Assembly: GCA_965231005.1 (NCBI GenBank) | Contig: OZ246405.1 | Coordinates: forward strand, 610,709-674,708 | Length of the DNA stretch: 64,000 bases | Reading direction: 5' to 3' | Origin: an uncultured Gammaproteobacteria bacterium | Lineage (GTDB): Bacteria; Patescibacteriota; Patescibacteriia; Magasanikbacterales; UBA922 | Shown: in pieces, positions 17,001-23,824 of the stretch | Position numbering within the stretch: the first letter of the stretch is position 1 | Layout of the letters: every line of letters starts with the position of its first letter | Translations under genes and position numbers: made by a program | Notes under the pieces: model-generated | Told to the model about the DNA's origin: nothing | Database searches by the model: none | Seen by the model: the letters and a program-made list of their open reading frames with translations, nothing else

Positions 17001-17332
17001 TTGTTGGAATTCGAGGAGTTCAATTGGATTCGTATCTCAGAGGAAAGGGGATAGATATGTCACTTCCTGAGGTGAGAGAACAATTTGAAAAAGTAGTCAC
17101 ACAGCACTATGATACTGTTCAAACATTTGAAAAGGGGATTATGCGTGGAAATACTATGAATACGCTAGAGAAGAAAATGAGAGAAATTATGCTTGGTTCA
17201 GAAGCTCTTAGCACAGATACTGATTTGTCTCGTTTTACTGGTTGGTTTGAAAGGGAAGTCCTTCCTCTATTCAAAAAGGCTGTTCATGCTGCTGAAGTCC
17301 GAAAGAGTAAGGCTGCTTTTCCACTAGAATAA
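14084..17332 (+). CDS. large (about 1080 aa) coiled-coil/membrane-associated hypothetical protein
   Basis: Long ORF with charged Lys/Glu-rich coiled-coil stretches and central hydrophobic segments (WWAMAPAATLGLVARHAALS, FLAAGGAAALGTYALAEHGI). No NTPase or enzymatic motif was recognised. The start at 14084 or 14057 is ambiguous. Confidence 0.65.
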   Translation: MSPDANNVVELFPENEYGPDRGPVSDEQKEANRKAKGELGDILRKLEDLQSLRDKVETTLIEDVEALIQHINNKEYHDEVVVQVKELREKLDEINKKMEGVSKSIETREVRKQRESFEFTVSDVLDVVGRDKLRNIMVHFPDMNAGERQQVFTGLFDHLDEEQSKNLNRVRRKKAFEVFEPFFQTAKQKKALDEAKRAPNDQVRVKLFEAAGLIEDETDRENVLHTLSEISFSDDDNKAFIKTWKDNMALQALDSVEFYEYGAAEQKVLELAAIEAKKGKKKKKYKQTSLKQKFVNLGKGIKNLAVAAGQHVKKEWWAMAPAATLGLVARHAALSTTPDFYAKALELTGDESQSAFLAAGGAAALGTYALAEHGIRALKTRLSVKPDKAFAEVSGLAKDMYVSDQKKGGEWVLAGHISHILQHGGKEGQQTHERHVEVLKVIAKELRKNGEKVEANSEFMKAALLAIDVKDRKRGGQSILSEKYQSLGFIRRTIAEVRDQFYTKKWKDIGVGGSALQWMSGAALHTLHKGLIGGTIAWPMQRPEIFGLFSERLAARFGAAAVPGWLQELATKRGEQKEDKWEIERKRLEKAVSPEAYGKLTLYKATKVSEDQLLDIQREITELNYYISTWSDVSSLSSDGNKLKRAGRKITTNVRKQFQSDLLDVWPRYKTAALGLHQEYERLYEEKRQELIEKQLAKVSKSLSEAGKTKQREKMQEALPEKLKKREKKRNKNIPKKTFDMKLPDEKTPTERLLGNSKVEVADRRKTLVQGLKMGMLAAAFGKAFDMARVHFPHIFDRPPEVIPHGAFAGWDEDPFIDHDRYDQYGNEIFPDDAYPSQGEEASPPAETPQEPTVPKRDRTKEEIRRLAGLGGRSGRVEDIPVQGEDALVTEKDEVAKGTGLDSSKDGSAALIGEPKEPTWEEKIAERGSPAESLSKTEQYMKYLMREEPKKYSKADFKLFQHMQSILEKQNEFVGIRGVQLDSYLRGKGIDMSLPEVREQFEKVVTQHYDTVQTFEKGIMRGNTMNTLEKKMREIMLGSEALSTDTDLSRFTGWFEREVLPLFKKAVHAAEVRKSKAAFPLE

Positions 17333-17539
17333 AAAATTAGCCCTTTGACTCGTCACTTCGTTCCTCGCTAAGGACAAGCAAAAAACAAAGAACAAAAAAC
17401 AAGTATTTTAATTGGTATTATTCTTGAAAAAAATTACTAAAATGGCTTAAATAAGTCATTTTTTTCATTTCTTTATGTTTCTTACCTTTTTACTTTTTAG
17501 CATTTTCGCTTTTTTGCATTTTTAGTGATTGCAAAGTAC

Positions 17540-17568
17540 TTGACAAAATGGTAAAAATATGGTACAGT
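17540..17568 (+). promoter_or_regulatory. sigma70-type promoter (TTGACA-N17-TGgTACAGT) of the first G+C-rich operon
   Basis: TTGACA at 17540-17545 and TACAGT at 17563-17568, with a preceding TG. The 34-nt block 17537-17570 is 32/34 identical to 21721-21754. Confidence 0.65.
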
Positions 17569-17791
17569 TTGCTGTTTACAGTGCCCATATTGTGTATGAG
17601 CAGCATTTGTTGTGATCTCTTAGATTGTGACAGTTGCCAAGCAATATTTTTTCGCTGAAGTAAGCTAAAAAGTGCTGTAAAAAAATGCACATTACAAATA
17701 CATGATGCACCTATGTGTATTGGATTAGTCAATCAATGGATATTCTTTTTGCTGTCTTTTGATTGACTAACCCAATCAAGGAGGTGCAGTC

Positions 17792-19882
17792 ATGTCACCA
17801 GATCAGAAAAAACCTGATGGTGGTGCACATGGTAGTGCACCGCCGAAACGATCAACACTCGAACTTCATGCTGACAAGATCGTCAGCTTGGTCCAACAAG
17901 ACGGGCCAGAGGAGAACCCCATGACCGACAAGAAGACTGATACAACAACGCCGGGTCATGAGGTTCATGATTCGAATTCTGAAACCCCACCCCCGCTGCC
18001 AAGTGTGCTCGACTCGCTTGCTCCTGAGGACATAGCAAGAATAATAAGAGGAGAATCACAACCACTGCGAAGTGAATTGGTGCGATGTCCGAACTGTGGT
18101 GCTGTCTACCCTATGGATCAGGGAAAGGTCCAGGGTGGTTCTGAAAAGGATCAACAGTGTGTGTTGTGCCTTCATGAATTCACCCTCGGTGATGACAATG
18201 AAGCACAAGCAACAGCACAGTCTGAAACCCCACCACCAGTGCCTTCTTCGAACGTTCCGGCGGACAATGAGAAAATCCAATGTCCGAACTGCAAAACCAC
18301 ATTTCGGTCCATTGAAATCCTGCTTTGGGATCGCAATTACAAGTACGTCGTCTGCAGCCACGGATTCACCATCGATAACGACACTGAAGCACAAGCAACA
18401 GCACAGTCTGAAACCCCACCCCCACCCCCACTTCCGCTTCTCATTGGGGACAATGCCCCAGGTGGGAAGAACGTGACTTGCCCAAACTGCGATAAGGTCT
18501 ATTCACTGGATCCAGCTGACTTTGTAGGTGGTTTCCCGAACGTCTTTCAGTGCGCCCTATGCAATCATTGCTTCACTATCGATGATGAAACTGACGCACA
18601 GGATGACACACCACCTGCAATTCCGACCGCGCAGCAGCGTGCAGACAGAACAGGACTGACTGAGCCGTACAAGCCACTCGCCGACATCAAAGATCCAGAT
18701 GCTGATACGTCCACGATTCGTGAAACCATGCCAAGTCACCCGGGCCAAGCTCGTCGCGCTGAAAGCGATCACTACACGCAGGATGAACTTCCTCGCGTGG
18801 AAGATGAACGTGAAACACGGCAAGACCTTCCTGTTGTCACTGGCGATGATCAAGACACCAAGCCTGACATGGACGTTGTCAAAGCCGAAGACCTCGATGA
18901 AGACGATGCTGCTGAACTGGAAAAGGATGATGGCAAGGAAGCTGAAGAGCTGCCCCCGCCGATTTCAAGTCCCATGTTCAGTCCGGAACTGCGCAAACCA
19001 AACCCTGGTTTTCAGCTGCCTCCTCATCTCGAAGAGGTCGTTCGACTCTCTGCTGCTTCAACTCCCGATTCTCTTGCTTCCGGCGATGACGATCCATTCG
19101 GCGACGGCGGAGATCCCTTTGCTGGCCCAGGCACGAATCCCTTTGCTGTTGACGCAGATGATCCCTTCGGTGCTGAAGTTCCGTTCGGTCCAGGAGATGA
19201 TCTTGGGATGAAGGACGAAGACTACGGTGGTCCGAATGATTCTGTCGACGATGGTGATGAATTGCCTCCTGTCATGCCGGCTGATTCCAGTAAGGCGGCT
19301 CCCAAGCCGTCGCTGATTACTGGTTCCAGACCAAGGTTTCGTCCGACTGGACCTGTGCCTTCGGTTCACGATCAAGACGACAAAAGTGGCCCCCCGCCTC
19401 CTCGTCGTCAAGATCATCGAAAGACAATCCGAGTTCCACGTCATCGGCCGACTGCTCGTCCAGTGCCACCACCACCTCCTGGCCCGGCTCCCATTCGAAC
19501 GCCGACGCCTAGTGGTGGTTCACCCATTCCTGCATCTGCACCTGTTTCTACTCCGCCTCCGGCTGCGAGTACAACAGGACCGTCTGCTGCACCAACCCAG
19601 GCTGCTGCGGCTCCGCCCGCACAGTCACAACCGCCGGCTCCAACTGGGCCAGTGGTTGGTCCGACGGCATCAAGTGGCAGTGCTACTACACCGGTCAAGA
19701 CCAACAAGACCGTTGTGTGGATCATCGCCATTCTGATTGTTGCATGCCTGGCTCTCAATGCCTTTAGCGTGTGGCAAAGCAGAAACATCAGAAAGAACGT
19801 CATCGCGGTTCTGAAACATCGCGCTGGCATCCAAAAGGTCATTCAGGCTCCAATGCCGAAGACCAAGGGGGAAGAGAAATGA
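17792..19882 (+). CDS. G+C-rich tail-anchored protein with three MJ0042-like zinc-ribbon repeats and a long Pro/Asp-rich disordered region
   Basis: ATG at 17792 is preceded by AAGGAGGTG. There are three CPNC...(C/H)xxC units (aa 99-270). Long acidic and Pro-rich low-complexity stretches follow. A single C-terminal TM helix is VVWIIAILIVACLALNAFSVW. The stop overlaps the next start (ATGA at 19879-19882). Confidence 0.75.
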   Translation: MSPDQKKPDGGAHGSAPPKRSTLELHADKIVSLVQQDGPEENPMTDKKTDTTTPGHEVHDSNSETPPPLPSVLDSLAPEDIARIIRGESQPLRSELVRCPNCGAVYPMDQGKVQGGSEKDQQCVLCLHEFTLGDDNEAQATAQSETPPPVPSSNVPADNEKIQCPNCKTTFRSIEILLWDRNYKYVVCSHGFTIDNDTEAQATAQSETPPPPPLPLLIGDNAPGGKNVTCPNCDKVYSLDPADFVGGFPNVFQCALCNHCFTIDDETDAQDDTPPAIPTAQQRADRTGLTEPYKPLADIKDPDADTSTIRETMPSHPGQARRAESDHYTQDELPRVEDERETRQDLPVVTGDDQDTKPDMDVVKAEDLDEDDAAELEKDDGKEAEELPPPISSPMFSPELRKPNPGFQLPPHLEEVVRLSAASTPDSLASGDDDPFGDGGDPFAGPGTNPFAVDADDPFGAEVPFGPGDDLGMKDEDYGGPNDSVDDGDELPPVMPADSSKAAPKPSLITGSRPRFRPTGPVPSVHDQDDKSGPPPPRRQDHRKTIRVPRHRPTARPVPPPPPGPAPIRTPTPSGGSPIPASAPVSTPPPAASTTGPSAAPTQAAAAPPAQSQPPAPTGPVVGPTASSGSATTPVKTNKTVVWIIAILIVACLALNAFSVWQSRNIRKNVIAVLKHRAGIQKVIQAPMPKTKGEEK

Positions 19883-21558
19883 ATACGTTTATCAAGGTGC
19901 TACTCGCCATTCTCATCGGGGTTGTGGTCGCTGTGTCCGGCTACTTCGCATGGGAAACCATGAACACGAACAAGGCGCTCCTCGCTGAACTGAACAAGAC
20001 CGACAACGGTGCCCAGGAGGACACCAAGGTCAAGCCGGCGCCGAAGAAGTCGGCTGTCAAGAAAGCTGACAAGGCTTCCACGTCCCAGGCCAAGACGGCC
20101 GGCGACAAGAACGACCCCAAGAAGGTCGAGGAAGCTGCGAAGGCTGCCGAAGCCAAGAAGAAGGCCGAGGCCGAAGCTGCTGCCAAGGCTGCTGAAGCGA
20201 AGAAGAAGGCTGACGAAGCTCGCAACGACTGGGATGAAATCAACTCCCGTGGCGACGACCAACTCAGAGCTGAGAAGTTCGACGAAGCGTTCAAGACCTT
20301 CAAATCCTTGATCGGACACGAGCATCAGAATCATGGACTGGCTTACTACAACATCGCCTGCCTGTTCTCGGTGCAGTCTGTGTCAGACAAGCTCAAGGGC
20401 AAGAAGAAGGCGATTCGCAAGAGCAAGAAGCAAGCCCTCCACTACCTGGCTCAGGCCTGGGTAGCCGGCTACGACGACCTCGAATGGATGGAGAAAGACG
20501 AGGATCTCGATTCGATCCGCAAGACCCGCGGCTACAAAGAGATCAAGCGTCTGGCAGTGGAAAAGGGACTGGTTCGGCTCCCTGCGCCGGCCACCGAAGA
20601 CGTCGCCAAGAAGGCCAAGGATGAGCAGAAGGAACCCACGCCCAAGCTGACCGGCATCCACGCCCTGCGTGCCATGCCGATCAAGGGAGTTGCCGATTCT
20701 GACGAAGCCAGCAAGGCTGACAAGGACGCCAAGCGCATCGCCAACGCCAACGCCAAGAAGGTCAAGGGCAAGAAGGTTCGCAAAGGCAGCCGCGGCATCT
20801 CGTTCCTGGCCAAGGCTCGAGCCGAAGCCAAGCGGATGTACGCCAAGCTCCACAAGGACCAGAAGGCTCGTCGTGCAGCGCTCAACCGTGCGATCGCCCG
20901 ACTCAAGCGTGGCTACAAGCGCAAGAGCGATCTTGACAAGCAGGACGTTGACGACGAGATCGCAGAGCTCAAGCGAAAGGAGCAGGAACAGTCCGACGAC
21001 GAGGATCGGAAAGCCAAGGAAGAGGCCGAAAGGATGCTCGCCGACGGCAAGACCCAAGACGAGGTCAAGGCTATGTACGATGCTCTGGAGCGCAAGCAAC
21101 AGGCTCGTCGTGCAGCGCTCCTCAGCAAGATCGCGGACGAGCAAAGGCAGGCACGACAGCAGCGTCAGGATGATGCAGTCGACCTTCGCGATGAGATCGC
21201 CAAGCTGCGCGAAGCCGACAAAAAGGCTGACACGCAGTCCGCGGCAGCTGCCAAGGATCACGTGCAAGCCTTGTTCGACAAAGCGCAAGCCGCGACCAAC
21301 CGCGCCAACGCAAAGCGCGCGCGTCAACAGCGTCAGCGTGCGGCAGCGCCCTCGCGTCCGAGCTCGCCGCCCAGCCGTCCGGCTTCGGGTGGTTCGTCCA
21401 GCCTCGCACATGCGCCTGCGGCAGTTTCCAGCTGTCCGTATGGTGGAGACGAGGCCAACTGCGTCAAGAAGACGGTCGCGTACTTGACCAAGTTCGGTAC
21501 GCCCCTGGCCGATGCCAAGGGGAGTGCCAAGGCCAAGTGCAGCGCGCGCTGTCTGTAG
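19879..21558 (+). CDS. G+C-rich N-terminally anchored Lys/Ala-rich coiled-coil protein with a TPR-like segment and a C-terminal 4-Cys module
   Basis: Start ATG 19879 (MNTFIKVLLAILIGVVVAVSGYF is a TM anchor). A TPR-like block is YYNIACLFS...ALHYLAQAWVAGYDDLEWMEKDEDLDSIR. The C-terminus is CPYGGDEANCVKKTVAYLTKFGTPLADAKGSAKAKCSARCL. Confidence 0.72.
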   Translation: MNTFIKVLLAILIGVVVAVSGYFAWETMNTNKALLAELNKTDNGAQEDTKVKPAPKKSAVKKADKASTSQAKTAGDKNDPKKVEEAAKAAEAKKKAEAEAAAKAAEAKKKADEARNDWDEINSRGDDQLRAEKFDEAFKTFKSLIGHEHQNHGLAYYNIACLFSVQSVSDKLKGKKKAIRKSKKQALHYLAQAWVAGYDDLEWMEKDEDLDSIRKTRGYKEIKRLAVEKGLVRLPAPATEDVAKKAKDEQKEPTPKLTGIHALRAMPIKGVADSDEASKADKDAKRIANANAKKVKGKKVRKGSRGISFLAKARAEAKRMYAKLHKDQKARRAALNRAIARLKRGYKRKSDLDKQDVDDEIAELKRKEQEQSDDEDRKAKEEAERMLADGKTQDEVKAMYDALERKQQARRAALLSKIADEQRQARQQRQDDAVDLRDEIAKLREADKKADTQSAAAAKDHVQALFDKAQAATNRANAKRARQQRQRAAAPSRPSSPPSRPASGGSSSLAHAPAAVSSCPYGGDEANCVKKTVAYLTKFGTPLADAKGSAKAKCSARCL

Positions 21559-21578
21559 TCTGATCTGGTGAGAACCTG

Positions 21579-21660
21579 GCTTCCCGGTGCTCGTACGTTT
21601 ATTCGTACTTGCATCGGGAAGCCTCCTCACTTTCTTCTTTTTCTTGAAAAGAGGGGAAAG
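21579..21660 (+). terminator. 3' cassette module: G+C-rich hairpin followed by a CT/AG hairpin
   Basis: GGCTTCCCGGTGC...GCATCGGGAAGCC spans 21579-21623. CTTTCTTCTTTTTCTTGAAAAGAGGGGAAAG spans 21631-21660. Confidence 0.5.
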
Positions 21661-21723
21661 CAGGGAAAATACCTTATTTAAGCCAAAAAAGATAAGTTTT
21701 TATGGTCTATAAAGCCTAAATAC

Positions 21724-21752
21724 TTGACAAAATGGTCAAAATATGGTATAGT
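21724..21752 (+). promoter_or_regulatory. sigma70-type promoter (TTGACA-N17-TGgTATAGT), near-identical copy of the 17540 promoter
   Basis: TTGACA at 21724-21729 and TATAGT at 21747-21752, with an extended -10 TG. Confidence 0.65.
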
Positions 21753-21943
21753 TTCTGGTCAAAATTGATAAAATATATACCCTTATCTATTGGCGTGCCA
21801 GTGCATAATCCATGCAATATGCAGTGCGCGCGAGTGTGATAAGGTACAGAAAATGTACATCGTACATTCTTTGTGTGTCACACCGCTTTCCAGACGTTTT
21901 AACGTCATCCAACAGGTTCATTACATTACTACATCACTACAAC

Positions 21944-22086
21944 TGTTCGATCGGTAAACAAGTTCATAATATTTGTGTACTGCTTTACCGGTCGAACATT
22001 TCACATCGCCTTTCTGACCGGGGGCACAGTTAATTCCAAGGTACGTTACCAAGGAACAAATTGACTGCGCCTGGTTTTCTGGGCGA
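21944..22086 (+). promoter_or_regulatory. conserved structured 5' leader element, copy 1 (143 nt)
   Basis: It aligns along its length with 24885-25027. The long stem is GTTCGATCGGTAAA / TTTACCGGTCGAAC. Further hairpins have conserved stems and variable loops. It lies 27 nt upstream of the ATG at 22113. Confidence 0.6.
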
Positions 22087-22112
22087 CGTGAAACAACAGA
22101 AGGAGGTGCGCA

Positions 22113-23402
22113 ATGGCGTACGCCGTTCGAAAAACCCGATCCGGGGGTGCCGGACAATACGTTTCAGTTTTTTCCGACCGTGCTGCGGTTCTCCGAAAAA
22201 TCGCGCGAGGGATGATCCGCAAGGGTGCGTTCATTCGCGTGGTTCCGGACACGGCTGCTACCAACGATGGCGAGAAGGCCGCAGTCAAGGCTGATCTGGA
22301 TAACGCGGATTTCGTGCTCATCGAGAACCATCCGCATTTCGCTGGCATCAACTTCCCGGCGCCTGCTGACGCTTCGGCTGCTGCGACTGCGGATGCTGCG
22401 GCCACCCGTGCGAATGCCAATGCTGCTGCGGCCAATGTGACCGTTGCGGAGGCTACTGCTGCTCAGGCTCAAACCGAAGCCGACGCTGCTAACGCTCGTG
22501 CCAACGCTGCTGATGCCGCCACTGCTCAGGCCAACGCCGAGGCTACTGCTGCTCAGGCTCGTGTCGACGTTGCCAACGCTGCTGCTGCTCAGGCCAACGC
22601 CGAGGCTACTGCTGCTCAGGCTGCTGGGGATGCTGACGCTCAAGTTGCTGCTGCAGAGGCTGTTGCGGAGGCTGCTGCTGCTCAGGCCGATGCTGCTCAG
22701 GCACATGCCGACGCGGTTCAGGCTGCTGCGGATGCTGCTCAGGCTGCTGCGGATGCTGCTGACGCTGCTACCCAGGCTGGTGCTGCTGCCGGTCAGGCTC
22801 TGATCGCTACCAGTCAAGCTCGGGATGCTGCTGCTGAGGCTGAGGCTGAGGCGCTCGAGGCACAGGCCGATGCGGACGATGCTGCTGCCTTTGCTCAGGC
22901 TCAGGCCGACGAGCGGGCCAATCGCCGTTCGGTTCGGTTCGTCGCGTGGCTGCGTCGCAACTGGAAGAAGGTTCTGCTGGCTCTGCTGGTTCTCCTCCTT
23001 CTCGGTTGCGTGTGGTTCTTCTGGAGCAACATCAAGGCCCTGGTCACGGGGGGTGGTGGTTCGCCGCCGCCTTCGGTGGTGAACCCGCCGACCCCACCGA
23101 CGCCGCCCGTTCCGACGCCGCCCGTTCCGCCGCCGCCGGCTGCGACTCCGGTCGTTCCGCCGCCGACGGTGACGCCTCCGCCACCGCCCGCGACTCCGCC
23201 GGTTTCGCCGACGGTCACGCCTCCGCCGACCCCGCCGACTTCGGGGGGCACGGCAGCGCCGACTGGACAGCCTGGCTGTCCGTTCGGTGTGGGGTACACG
23301 GACTGTTACACCAAGACGGTGGCCTACCTGGTCAGCCATGGTGTGGCGACTTCGGACGCGCAGGACAAGGCGCGCGAGAAGTGCGGACCGCGTTGCAGGT
23401 GA
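22113..23402 (+). CDS. G+C-rich Ala-rich repeat protein with a central TM helix, a Pro/Thr-rich linker and a C-terminal 4-Cys module
   Basis: ATG is preceded by AAGGAGGTG. Repeats of the AAAQANAEATAAQA type occur. TM helix WKKVLLALLVLLLLGCVWFFW. A PPTPPTPPVPTPPVPPPP linker follows. The C-terminus is CPFGVGYTDCYTKTVAYLVSHGVATSDAQDKAREKCGPRCR. Confidence 0.72.
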   Translation: MAYAVRKTRSGGAGQYVSVFSDRAAVLRKIARGMIRKGAFIRVVPDTAATNDGEKAAVKADLDNADFVLIENHPHFAGINFPAPADASAAATADAAATRANANAAAANVTVAEATAAQAQTEADAANARANAADAATAQANAEATAAQARVDVANAAAAQANAEATAAQAAGDADAQVAAAEAVAEAAAAQADAAQAHADAVQAAADAAQAAADAADAATQAGAAAGQALIATSQARDAAAEAEAEALEAQADADDAAAFAQAQADERANRRSVRFVAWLRRNWKKVLLALLVLLLLGCVWFFWSNIKALVTGGGGSPPPSVVNPPTPPTPPVPTPPVPPPPAATPVVPPPTVTPPPPPATPPVSPTVTPPPTPPTSGGTAAPTGQPGCPFGVGYTDCYTKTVAYLVSHGVATSDAQDKAREKCGPRCR

Positions 23403-23410
23403 TGTAGCCT

Positions 23411-23500
23411 GTTGGAGGGAAGCCCGCTACCGGCGCATGCATTCGTGTGTGTGTCCGGTAGCCCTCCAACCGCTTTCTTTTATAAAAGAGAAAGAGGTTG
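23411..23500 (+). terminator. 3' cassette module: G+C-rich hairpin plus an overlapping CT/AG hairpin
   Basis: GTTGGAGGG (23411-23419) pairs with CCCTCCAAC (23462-23470). CCAACCGCTTTCTTTT...AAAAGAGAAAGAGGTTGG (23465-23500) reuses the 3' arm, so the two structures are mutually exclusive. Confidence 0.5.
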
Positions 23501-23824
23501 GGGGAATACAAAATTAGAAATTGGAAATTAGGGATTAAGTGTATTGACATATTGAGTAATAGAGAAAAGAAATTTTCTTTAGTACTCAGGGTGTCATGTA
23601 GACATTATTGTAAAATTACAATGTGTCTCGTGTCCTGATTAGACAGGTTCATTATAATTTAGTTGAAGAATAACTATCTGGTGGGTAAAAAGATAATATA
23701 CATATGTTACTTTTTTTCTCACCAGATAGTGGCACGTGCCGCTTGTTTCTTCGTCGCCCTTGGGGCATTTCACAAATGGCCCCATCGGTGAGGAGGGGCA
23801 AGGCAACAACAACAGGAGGACGCG

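Noticed and set aside
21812-22033. A 73-aa ORF over leader copy 1, and the tail of ORF 24487-24975 over leader copy 2. Both end in ...HRL(S/F)DRGHS.
   Set aside because: A 1-nt indel between the two copies shifts the frame upstream of the shared tail, so the amino-acid sequence is not conserved. The substitutions instead preserve base pairing. I interpret the element as non-coding structured RNA.
23411-23470. An integron attC-site interpretation of the hairpins following the island genes (GTTGGAGGG...CCCTCCAAC).
   Set aside because: The polarity is wrong. attC has RYYYAAC at the 5' side and GTTRRRY at the 3' side, and here GTT is outermost at the 5' end. The three hairpins share no core consensus. 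No integron integrase or attI is visible in the window.
23546-23575. TTGACA at 23546-23551 as the -35 box of a promoter for the 23825 gene.
   Set aside because: No acceptable -10 hexamer lies 16-18 nt downstream; AAGAAA or TAGAGA are the best candidates. The TATAAT inside the GGTTCATTATAAT motif at 23653-23658 lacks a convincing -35. The promoter of this cassette is therefore left unassigned.
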